Part shown: positions 26,197-32,997 of the stretch, one piece after another
Position numbering within the stretch: position 1 is the stretch's first letter
Layout of the letters: the number at the start of each line of letters is the position of its first letter
Program-made: the position numbers and the translations under genes
Source: Candidatus Limnocylindrus sp.
GTDB taxonomy: Bacteria; Chloroflexota; Limnocylindria; Limnocylindrales; Limnocylindraceae
NCBI GenBank assembly: GCA_044341795.1
Contig: JBIIRA010000002.1
Span: 1 to 33,391, forward strand
Length of the DNA: 33,391 nucleotides
Reading direction: 5' to 3'
The notes under the pieces: generated by a model
Databases searched by the model: none
What the model was told of the DNA's origin: nothing
Seen by the model: the letters and a program-made list of their open reading frames with translations, nothing else

Positions 26197-26225
26197 CTGA
26201 CGGTAGCGCGCCGCTGGGGTACGAT
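26197..26225 (+). promoter_or_regulatory. Candidate sigma-70-type promoter for tRNA-Gln (CTGACG-N17-TACGAT)
   Basis: The -10 hexamer ends 9 nt upstream of the mature tRNA 5' end. Confidence 0.4.
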
Positions 26226-26234
26226 CGGCACCGT

Positions 26235-26309
26235 TGGCGCGTGGCCAAGCGGTAAGGCACCTGCCTCTGGAGCAGGGGATCCTAGGTTCGAATCCTAGCG
26301 CGCCAGCCA
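26235..26309 (+). tRNA. tRNA-Gln (anticodon CUG), CCA encoded
   Basis: Acceptor TGGCGCG/CGCGCCA, D arm GCC-AAGCGGTAA-GGC, anticodon arm CCTGC-CTCTGGA-GCAGG, T arm CTAGG-TTCGAAT-CCTAG. Confidence 0.95.
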
Positions 26310-26332
26310 ACTCTCCCAGTGCAGATGCGCCG

Positions 26333-27328
26333 TTAACGCAGTGTGTCGAGCCAACCACCGACCGCGTCAATGAACGCCGGCACGTCCTCTTCAAACGGCA
26401 CATGGCCGATCTCTGGCAGCACGACCCACGCGGCCTCTGGCAGGTCTGCACGGAGCATCTCACCACTCGTCAGCGGCACCCAGCTGTCATCTTCCCCCCA
26501 AAGGATCAGCGTTGGCGGCGCGCCGGCCGCTGCACTGAGATTGGCAATCGCTTCAGGGAGTGCGTTCTTTGCGCCGTCGCGAACGATACCAAGGAGTGCC
26601 AGATCCCAATCGCGCAACTGTGATGATGCGGCGTAACCGGCAACCAAGTCTGGGGTGACGGCACTCTTCACCGCGAAGGCCGACGAGAGCAGTTCGCCAA
26701 ACGTTGCGGGGCTGAAGGCATTGCGGATCGCAATGCGTGCGATGCGCCGGACTGGTGGTACATCAAGCAACACACTCGCTAGTGATGGCGAGCTGCTGAC
26801 GCCACTCTTCGGTTGTGCGACGGCGGCATCGATGTAGGCGAGACCAGCGACGCGCTCTGGTGCGAGAGCGAGCATCCAACTGATCACGTTGCCGCCCATG
26901 CTGTGGCCGAGGAGTACGGCGCGATCAACGTTCATTTGGTCAAGGACCGCGAGGGCGAAGGTGGCCTGCGCCTTATGGCTGTAGTCGCGCCCCCACGACT
27001 TCTCGGAGAGGCCAAACCCCGGAAGGTCAATGGCGATCACATACCACCCGCGTGCGGCAAGTGGCGCCATCACATTGCGATAGCCGTAGGTGCTCCCGCC
27101 AAAACCGTGAATCAGCAGAAGCGCGGGGTCGCGCGGATCCCCCGCCTCGGTGACGACGCTCTGCACCCCATCCGCGGTGATGATGCGAGCGCCTGGCGCG
27201 GCCGCCGTTGCGAGGAGCCTTGCTGGGTCCACATCGGCACCCTTCGGAACATCAACCAGGAAGGGGAGCGTGGTGAGGCTCACCAGCACCACAAGGAGCG
27301 CGAACCCGATCGTACGTAGACGCTTCAT
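26333..27328 (-). CDS. Membrane-anchored or secreted alpha/beta hydrolase
   Basis: N-terminal TM/signal segment, LLIHGFGGS (oxyanion), GHSMGG (nucleophile elbow) and GHVPFEE (His). ATG 27328 is preferred; the track start at 27334 is a GTG. Confidence 0.85.
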   Translation of the reverse strand: MKRLRTIGFALLVVLVSLTTLPFLVDVPKGADVDPARLLATAAAPGARIITADGVQSVVTEAGDPRDPALLLIHGFGGSTYGYRNVMAPLAARGWYVIAIDLPGFGLSEKSWGRDYSHKAQATFALAVLDQMNVDRAVLLGHSMGGNVISWMLALAPERVAGLAYIDAAVAQPKSGVSSSPSLASVLLDVPPVRRIARIAIRNAFSPATFGELLSSAFAVKSAVTPDLVAGYAASSQLRDWDLALLGIVRDGAKNALPEAIANLSAAAGAPPTLILWGEDDSWVPLTSGEMLRADLPEAAWVVLPEIGHVPFEEDVPAFIDAVGGWLDTLR

Positions 27329-27335
27329 GCTCACG

Positions 27336-27341
27336 AGGATA
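27336..27341 (-). promoter_or_regulatory. -10-like hexamer TATCCT, 7 nt upstream of ATG 27328 (leaderless candidate)
   Basis: The minus strand reads TATCCT-cgtgagc-ATG. Confidence 0.4.
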
Positions 27342-27374
27342 GCGCGCTGGTAATGGGGCGGTAATCCATTTCGC

Positions 27375-27380
27375 TAGAAT
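27375..27380 (+). promoter_or_regulatory. -10-like hexamer TAGAAT, 6 nt upstream of ATG 27387 (leaderless candidate)
   Basis: TAGAAT-gccccc-ATG. No SD is present. Confidence 0.5.
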
Positions 27381-27386
27381 GCCCCC

Positions 27387-27821
27387 ATGAGCAGCACGCG
27401 CGTTCTCTTCCTCTGTACCCACAACAGCGCACGATCGCAGATTGCCGAGGCGCTGCTGCGCTCACGTGGTCGAGGCGCATTTGAGGTGGAGAGTGCCGGT
27501 ACCGAGGCGACGCTGGTTCGCCCCCACGCACTCACGGTGCTAAGCGAGATCAGCATTGATGCCTCCGCCCAGACGAGCAAGACACTCCATCAGTTCCTCG
27601 ATGAGCCGTTCGACTACGTCATCACCGTCTGTGATGCGGCGAATGATGCCTGTCCGATCTTCCCGAATGGCGGCCAGCGCGAGCACTGGTCGCTACCAGA
27701 CCCCTCAAAGGTCGGCGGAAGCGAGGAGCGTCAGCTGGAGGCGTATCGCGAGGTACGCGACGATCTAGAGCTTCGCATCATGGAGTTCATCCGTCAGGCT
27801 GGGGCGACCGCGAAGAGCTAG
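27387..27821 (+). CDS. arsC: Arsenate reductase, thioredoxin-coupled LMW-PTPase type
   Basis: P-loop LCTHNSARS (C-x5-R) and the downstream Cys pair in VCDAANDACP. Confidence 0.85.
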   Translation: MSSTRVLFLCTHNSARSQIAEALLRSRGRGAFEVESAGTEATLVRPHALTVLSEISIDASAQTSKTLHQFLDEPFDYVITVCDAANDACPIFPNGGQREHWSLPDPSKVGGSEERQLEAYREVRDDLELRIMEFIRQAGATAKS

Positions 27822-29032
27822 CGGCGACCTCGCTGCAGGCGAATCATCTGCGCCTTGGCGATCAAGTCGCGCGGGAAGTCGAGAAGAATCGGCTCGTAGC
27901 CGAGTGGAATCTCCATGTGAAGTCCAGCCTTAGTCAGCTTGCGCACCAGGCTCAGCTTATCCATCTCGTCGGGAGCAACGAAGCTGACCGCTTCACCAAG
28001 GGCACCGGCGCGGCCCGTACGACCGATACGGTGGACGTAGTCCTCTGGGTCAAATGGGAGCTCGTAGTTGATGACCGCGGGGAGTGCTTCGATGTCGAGG
28101 CCGCGCGCGGCGACGTCGGTCGCGACCATTACGCGCGCCTCGCCCGCCTTGAATGCGGCAAGAGCGCGATTGCGCTGCTTTTGATCCTTGTCGCCATGAA
28201 TCTCCACAACAGTGTGTCCATCGCGATGCAAGAAGTCGCCGAGGCGATTCGCCTCAACCTTACGGTTCACGAAGACGAGCGCCTGCTCCCACGGCTTGGT
28301 GCGCAGGAGGTCGCTGAGCAACTGTCGTCGGCGTCGATCATCAACAGCCATGATCACCTGGCGAACGTTCTCGTTCGTCTGGTTGCGTCGCGCAACTTCG
28401 ACGGTGATTGGGTCGCGCAGGAAGTCCTGTGCCAGGGCACGGATCGGCTCAGAGAAGGTCGCCGAGAAGAGCAGGCTCTGGCGCTGCTTTGGAATGAGCG
28501 CAAGGATGCGCTTCAGGTCGGGCATGAATCCCATGTCGAGCATGCGGTCGGCCTCGTCAAGTACCAGGATTGATACTTGCGAGAGGTTGACCGTCTTGGA
28601 GTTGGCGTGGTCGAGGAGACGACCCGGTGTCGCAATGAGAATCTCGAGACCAGCGAGCAGCATCTTCTGTTGTGGCGGCATCGGCACGCCGCCATAGACG
28701 ACGCCGCTGCGCAACGGCAAGTGGCGGCCGTATGTGGCGGCACTTTCGGAAATCTGCACGGCGAGCTCACGCGTTGGCGTGAGGACGAGCGCGCGAACCG
28801 GGTGCCGCGCCGGGCTTGGCGAAGAGGAGGACATCGGCTTTAGGAGCTGCAAGATCGGCAGCACGAATGCAGCAGTCTTTCCTGTGCCGGTTTGGGCAGC
28901 GCCGAGAAGGTCGCGCCCCTGCAACACGTACGGAATGGCCTGAGCCTGGATTGGGGTCGGTTCGGTGTACCCCTCGTCAGCGACGGCTCGTAGGAGTTCA
29001 GGGGCAAGTCCTAGTTCAGAAAAATCGGGCAT
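27818..29032 (-). CDS. DEAD-box ATP-dependent RNA helicase (RhlE-like)
   Basis: Q motif (PTPIQ), AQTGTGKT, PTRELA, DEAD, SAT, ARGLD and HRIGRTGRAG. The start at ATG 29032 (MPDFSELGL) is in frame within the 607-aa track ORF, whose first 203 aa overlap rarA and are rejected. Confidence 0.9.
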   Translation of the reverse strand: MPDFSELGLAPELLRAVADEGYTEPTPIQAQAIPYVLQGRDLLGAAQTGTGKTAAFVLPILQLLKPMSSSSPSPARHPVRALVLTPTRELAVQISESAATYGRHLPLRSGVVYGGVPMPPQQKMLLAGLEILIATPGRLLDHANSKTVNLSQVSILVLDEADRMLDMGFMPDLKRILALIPKQRQSLLFSATFSEPIRALAQDFLRDPITVEVARRNQTNENVRQVIMAVDDRRRRQLLSDLLRTKPWEQALVFVNRKVEANRLGDFLHRDGHTVVEIHGDKDQKQRNRALAAFKAGEARVMVATDVAARGLDIEALPAVINYELPFDPEDYVHRIGRTGRAGALGEAVSFVAPDEMDKLSLVRKLTKAGLHMEIPLGYEPILLDFPRDLIAKAQMIRLQRGRR

Positions 29033-29072
29033 CAGTTGGTCAAGCGTACCCGAGAGCGGCGTGAAAGGTGCG

Positions 29073-30359
29073 ATGATCACTGAGATGAAAGAGAAGGCGA
29101 CGCTTCTTGGCGGTCTCGCACCTGCGCAACCCCTCGCCGCCCGGATGCGCCCAGCGACCCTTGATGAGGTGGTGGGGCAGGGTGCACTCATTGGTCCAGG
29201 CGCACCACTTCGACGACTCTTGGAGCGCGGCGAGGCACCCTCACTCCTGCTTTGGGGACCACCAGGGAGTGGCAAATCGACCCTCGCAGCTGTGATTGCG
29301 ACGTCGCTGAAGGCGGTGCCCACGAGCCTCTCTGCGACGAGCGACGGTGTTGCCGAGGTTCGCAAGGCGGTCGCCGCGGCGATCGAGCGCCGTGAGCACG
29401 GAGAGCAAACCCTTCTCTTTATTGATGAGTTGCACCGCTTCTCGCGCACGCAGCAAGATGCCCTCCTGCCACATGTGGAGGCCGGGACAATCATTCTGGT
29501 TGGGGCGACGACAGAGCCGCCTCCGCGTGCGATCTCGCCGGCACTCCTCTCGCGCATGCGCACCTTCCGACTGGCCCCACTCAGCAGTGATGATCTTGCG
29601 ACGCTGCTCGGCCGAGCACTTGCGGATCCTCGCGGCCTCAACGGGGCGGTGCGAGTTGATGCCGACGCCCGCCGTCAGCTGGTCGGCTACGCGTCAGGTG
29701 ACGCGCGTCGACTCCTCACGCTCCTTGATATGGCCGCGCTCATGGCGACCGACGGTACCGAGATCACGCCTCGCGAAGTGCTCCTTGCGGCGCAAGATCG
29801 CAGCCTTCCGTACGACCAGTCAGGCGTCACCTCGGCGCTGATCAAGAGCATTCGTGGCAACGATCCCGATGCGGCGATCTGGTGGCTGGCGACAGCACTT
29901 GAGGGTGGCGAGGATCCACGAGTCATTGCCCGACGACTGCTCGTCTCCGCATCAGAGGATGTGGGGAATGCTGATCCCGCAGCACTCCCGCTTGCGGCAG
30001 CTGCAGCACAGGTTGTAGAGCTGGCCGGATCGCCGGAGTGTGATTGGGCCCTCGCGCAAACGGTGATCTATCTCGCCTCTGCGCCAAAGTCGCCACGCGC
30101 TGGTGAGGCACTTGCTGCGGCGCGTGAGCAGATCGCGACTGGAGGTCAGCTCCCCGTTCCTGGCCATCTGCGCGCGGCGGCTAAGAACTATCAGTCGCCA
30201 CATGCAGTTGGCGAACCGTTTGATATCGATCAGGAGTATTTACCGCGCGAGATCGCGACGAAGCGTTTCTATGCGCCGTCGGGGAGTGGGGCAGAGGCGG
30301 AGTTGCGCGATCGCATCGCAGCGCTGCGCGCCGCGCGCGCCAAGGGTGCGAAGGCTTAG
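29073..30359 (+). CDS. rarA: Replication-associated recombination protein A (AAA+ ATPase)
   Basis: RP.TLDEVVGQ, Walker A GPPGSGKST, Walker B LFIDELHRF and the MgsA C-terminal region. ATG 29073 has GAAAGG 5 nt upstream. Confidence 0.9.
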   Translation: MITEMKEKATLLGGLAPAQPLAARMRPATLDEVVGQGALIGPGAPLRRLLERGEAPSLLLWGPPGSGKSTLAAVIATSLKAVPTSLSATSDGVAEVRKAVAAAIERREHGEQTLLFIDELHRFSRTQQDALLPHVEAGTIILVGATTEPPPRAISPALLSRMRTFRLAPLSSDDLATLLGRALADPRGLNGAVRVDADARRQLVGYASGDARRLLTLLDMAALMATDGTEITPREVLLAAQDRSLPYDQSGVTSALIKSIRGNDPDAAIWWLATALEGGEDPRVIARRLLVSASEDVGNADPAALPLAAAAAQVVELAGSPECDWALAQTVIYLASAPKSPRAGEALAAAREQIATGGQLPVPGHLRAAAKNYQSPHAVGEPFDIDQEYLPREIATKRFYAPSGSGAEAELRDRIAALRAARAKGAKA

Positions 30360-31162
30360 GCGAGTCCGTGAGCGAGTAGCAACTCGCGATTCCCGAGGAT
30401 CTCGCTGGTTGATCCGTCGGCCACAATCACACCGCGATCCACCACGATGCTGCGCGGGAATGCGGCGCGCGCCAACTCAAGGTCATGCGTGCTGACGATG
30501 AGCGTCTGTGTGAGTGACTGCAGCAGCTCAATGAGTTCTCGGCGACCACGTGGGTCGAGTCCAGCCGACGGCTCGTCAAAGACCAAGATGCTCGGATTCA
30601 TGGCGAGGACTGTGGCAAGGGCGACACGCTTACGTTGGCCGATGGAGAGGCGCATTGGCGCACGCTGCGCCAGATCAAGCGCGCCAACAGCGGCCAGGGC
30701 AACCTCGACACGATCGTGAATGGCGCCGGGGGTGAGACCCATATGGGTGGGGCCGAACGCCACGTCATCCCACACCGTTGGACTGAAGAGCTGATCGTCA
30801 GGATCCTGAAAGACAAGTCCCACTTCGGCGCGCACGCGGCCAATCGTCTCGTTTGACACCTGTATCCCCGCCACGTGCACGGTGCCGTGCGTTGGGCGGT
30901 GGATCCCATTGAGGTGCAACATCAGGGTGCTCTTCCCCGCGCCGTTCTGCCCGAGCAGTGCAACCTTCTCACCACCGGCGATCGCAAGATCCATGCCGCG
31001 CAGCGCCTCCGTCCCATCCGGATAGCGGAAGTGCAGGTGAGAGATCGCGATCGTGCCATCGCCGGTCGGCGTGAGCGGCGCGTCGTGCGCATGATCGTGA
31101 CCGTGGGTGTGCGGCAGCGCTGCTCCTGGATGCGTATGTAGGTGCTCGTGCTGTTCCGTCAT
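30356..31162 (-). CDS. nikO: ECF-type Ni/Co transporter ATPase (CbiO/NikO) with His-rich N-terminal tail
   Basis: Walker A GQNGAGKST, signature LSIGQRKR and Walker B ILVFDEP. The N-terminus has 9 His in residues 5-26. Confidence 0.9.
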   Translation of the reverse strand: MTEQHEHLHTHPGAALPHTHGHDHAHDAPLTPTGDGTIAISHLHFRYPDGTEALRGMDLAIAGGEKVALLGQNGAGKSTLMLHLNGIHRPTHGTVHVAGIQVSNETIGRVRAEVGLVFQDPDDQLFSPTVWDDVAFGPTHMGLTPGAIHDRVEVALAAVGALDLAQRAPMRLSIGQRKRVALATVLAMNPSILVFDEPSAGLDPRGRRELIELLQSLTQTLIVSTHDLELARAAFPRSIVVDRGVIVADGSTSEILGNRELLLAHGLA

Positions 31163-31171
31163 GCGTTCAGC

Positions 31172-31951
31172 CTACAGTCGCGGTAGCAACGCGCCAGCGA
31201 GGGTCAGGAAGAGCACGAGGACCAGAACCCCAACGACCTTGATCGTGAGGCGCGGGTCGGCGACAGGCAACGTGCCAACCGAGAGTGAGCCCGTCGCTCC
31301 GCGAGAGGCCGCAGCCTCTTCAATGCGCTGTGCTCGGGAGTAGGCCCGCAAGAAGAGCGAGCCCACCAGGCTCCCCGTTGTGCGTGCACGCCATGCGAGG
31401 GTGCCGCCGATCCGCTCGCGACCCACGCCAACAGGACTGGCAGAGCGTGCGGTGCGCGCGCGGAGCATCCGTCGCGCCTCATCCCGAAGGAGCTCGAGAT
31501 AGCGAATGGTGAGTCCAGCGCTTGTTGCGATCACGTCGGGGAGTCGCATGCGGCGGAGGGCAGTGACAATTGAGGGGGGACTCGCGAGCGCCAAGAGGAG
31601 GACGGAGGCCTGAACGCTGATCCACGCCTTCAGGAGCGCGGTCAGCGCAATGCGCAGCCCCGCACCGGAGACCTGCAGGGTGATCGGACCAACGCTGCCG
31701 GCCCAGAGCAGCTCGTCGTTGCGAAGAAAGACGATTGGCACGGCGGCAACAACAAAGGGCAAGGCGATTAGTCCACGCCGGGCGAGGTGCCCTGGGCTTA
31801 TGCCAAGGAGCGCGCCCGCGAATGCGAGCAGCAACCAGGCGAGCAGTAGTGCCAGATACGAGCCAGGTGGCAGCAGTGCAACGGCCGTGACAAAGGCGAG
31901 CGTGGTGATTACTGCAGCACGGGCATCACGCCCAACGCCACGTGGCTCCAC
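31172..31951 (-). CDS. nikQ: ECF transporter transmembrane (T) component, CbiQ/NikQ
   Basis: About 5-6 TM segments and a position between the M(N) and O genes. GTG start 2 nt after the nikMN stop. Confidence 0.85.
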   Translation of the reverse strand: MEPRGVGRDARAAVITTLAFVTAVALLPPGSYLALLLAWLLLAFAGALLGISPGHLARRGLIALPFVVAAVPIVFLRNDELLWAGSVGPITLQVSGAGLRIALTALLKAWISVQASVLLLALASPPSIVTALRRMRLPDVIATSAGLTIRYLELLRDEARRMLRARTARSASPVGVGRERIGGTLAWRARTTGSLVGSLFLRAYSRAQRIEEAAASRGATGSLSVGTLPVADPRLTIKVVGVLVLVLFLTLAGALLPRL

Positions 31952-31953
31952 GG

Positions 31954-32907
31954 CTACGACTTTGTGCGACTCCGCGCGAGACGGCCGAGTGCAATGAGCA
32001 CACCAATCACCACGACCATGCCGAGTAGCCCAGCCACTACGGTCGATGCAGTTCCATCAAGACCAGGGATGGTGTAGTCGGGGAAGAGTTCAAATGGTGC
32101 AGACAACCCCGCATCCAAGAAGCCGAGCTCCTCTGCAACGGCCTCCAGGCCATCTGGATCAGCGGATGCGAAGAAGCTTGCAAGGGTAGCCACTCCACCA
32201 GCGATCACCACGCCAGTCACCAGGCGACGCACAGGTGATGCTTTTCGTGGTGCGCTTACTCCGGACAAAATGTCGGGAGCAGTCTGTGCAATAAAGGTAA
32301 GCGCAGCAACAGTGATGAGCGCTTCGCCAATACCGATGAGCGCATGTACACCGAGCATGGCGGGTAGCCCGATCGACACATCAGTGGTGCCGGAAAGTCC
32401 AAGTTGGAGCGTGGTGAACCCCGCCGCAGCAACGACGGCAAGCCATGCGGCAACTCCCGCGCCGAGAATCGTTGCGCTGCGGCTACCGCCGAGCGTCGTA
32501 CCGATTCCGCGAGCGACAAACGAACCACCGAGCGTGCCGATGATCCCCATGTTGAAGATGTTGGCGCCGAGCACCAAGAGGCCACCATCCTGGAAGAGGA
32601 GTGCCTGAATGCCAATCACCGTTGCCATCACAATCGTGCCGGCCCACGGGCCGAGCAGATAGCCGGCGAGTACGCCTCCGAGGAGATGGCCACTCGTGCC
32701 CGTCGCGACAGGGAAGTTGAACATCTGCGCAGCAAAGATGAATGCGCCGAGCACCCCCATCAGGATTGGCTGTGACGCAATGAGGCGCACATCGGTGCGG
32801 CTCGTCTTTCGCACGGCAATCCCGATCAAGACCGCAGTGGCGACCCATAGAACAAGGGATACCTGCGGCGAGAGGAACCCGTCAGGGATGTGGAGCTGCG
32901 GATACAT
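31954..32907 (-). CDS. nikM: ECF Ni/Co substrate-capture component: CbiM/NikM fused to a C-terminal PDGLE-domain (N-like) module
   Basis: N-terminus MYPQLHIPDGFLS (the HIPDG metal-binding stretch), SGHLLGG (second His ligand region), and a C-terminal ADPDGLEAV motif plus a terminal TM helix. SD AGGAGG 4 nt upstream of ATG 32907. Confidence 0.9.
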   Translation of the reverse strand: MYPQLHIPDGFLSPQVSLVLWVATAVLIGIAVRKTSRTDVRLIASQPILMGVLGAFIFAAQMFNFPVATGTSGHLLGGVLAGYLLGPWAGTIVMATVIGIQALLFQDGGLLVLGANIFNMGIIGTLGGSFVARGIGTTLGGSRSATILGAGVAAWLAVVAAAGFTTLQLGLSGTTDVSIGLPAMLGVHALIGIGEALITVAALTFIAQTAPDILSGVSAPRKASPVRRLVTGVVIAGGVATLASFFASADPDGLEAVAEELGFLDAGLSAPFELFPDYTIPGLDGTASTVVAGLLGMVVVIGVLIALGRLARSRTKS

Positions 32908-32950
32908 CGAACCTCCTTCTGCCCAGCTTTAAGCGTTGGGCTACGGGCAG

Positions 32951-32956
32951 AGTCTA
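32951..32956 (-). promoter_or_regulatory. Candidate -10 (TAGACT) of the nikMNQO promoter
   Basis: The minus strand reads ...TTGCAACATGTTGCGA-TAGACT, about 44 nt upstream of the ATG. The palindrome sits immediately upstream of it. Confidence 0.35.
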
Positions 32957-32974
32957 TCGCAACATGTTGCAATA
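32955..32974. promoter_or_regulatory. Palindromic operator candidate TATcGCAACATGTTGCaATA (perfect 12-bp core GCAACATGTTGC, 32959-32970)
   Basis: Self-complementary core verified by eye. Located in the 90-bp divergent region between nikMNQO and the Fur-family gene. Confidence 0.5.
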
Positions 32975-32984
32975 AGCCATCCCG

Positions 32985-32990
32985 TATCCT
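32985..32990 (+). promoter_or_regulatory. -10-like hexamer TATCCT, 7 nt upstream of ATG 32998 (leaderless candidate)
   Basis: TATCCT-gcccgag-ATG. No SD is present. Confidence 0.45.
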
Positions 32991-32997
32991 GCCCGAG

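Noticed and set aside
24036-26309. Possible genomic islet: a single GMC oxidoreductase gene bracketed by tRNA-Gly and tRNA-Gln
   Set aside because: No integrase and no direct repeat of either tRNA 3' end that I could find. Composition is similar to the flanks. It is more simply ordinary gene order.
27387-27821. arsC as part of an arsenic-resistance island
   Set aside because: No arsR, arsB/acr3 or arsA nearby. The neighbours are housekeeping genes. It may act as a generic LMW phosphatase/reductase, so nothing notable can be supported.
29033-29641. 203-aa N-terminal extension of the DEAD-box helicase ORF (27818..29641)
   Set aside because: Arg/Ser/Ala-rich and antisense to the well-supported rarA gene. 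Canonical helicase N-termini start just before the Q motif, as at ATG 29032.
32893-32895. Alternative start at Leu5 of NikM that would give a canonical M-H-I-P-D-G N-terminus
   Set aside because: The codon is CTC, which is not a recognised initiation codon. The strong SD is positioned for ATG 32907.
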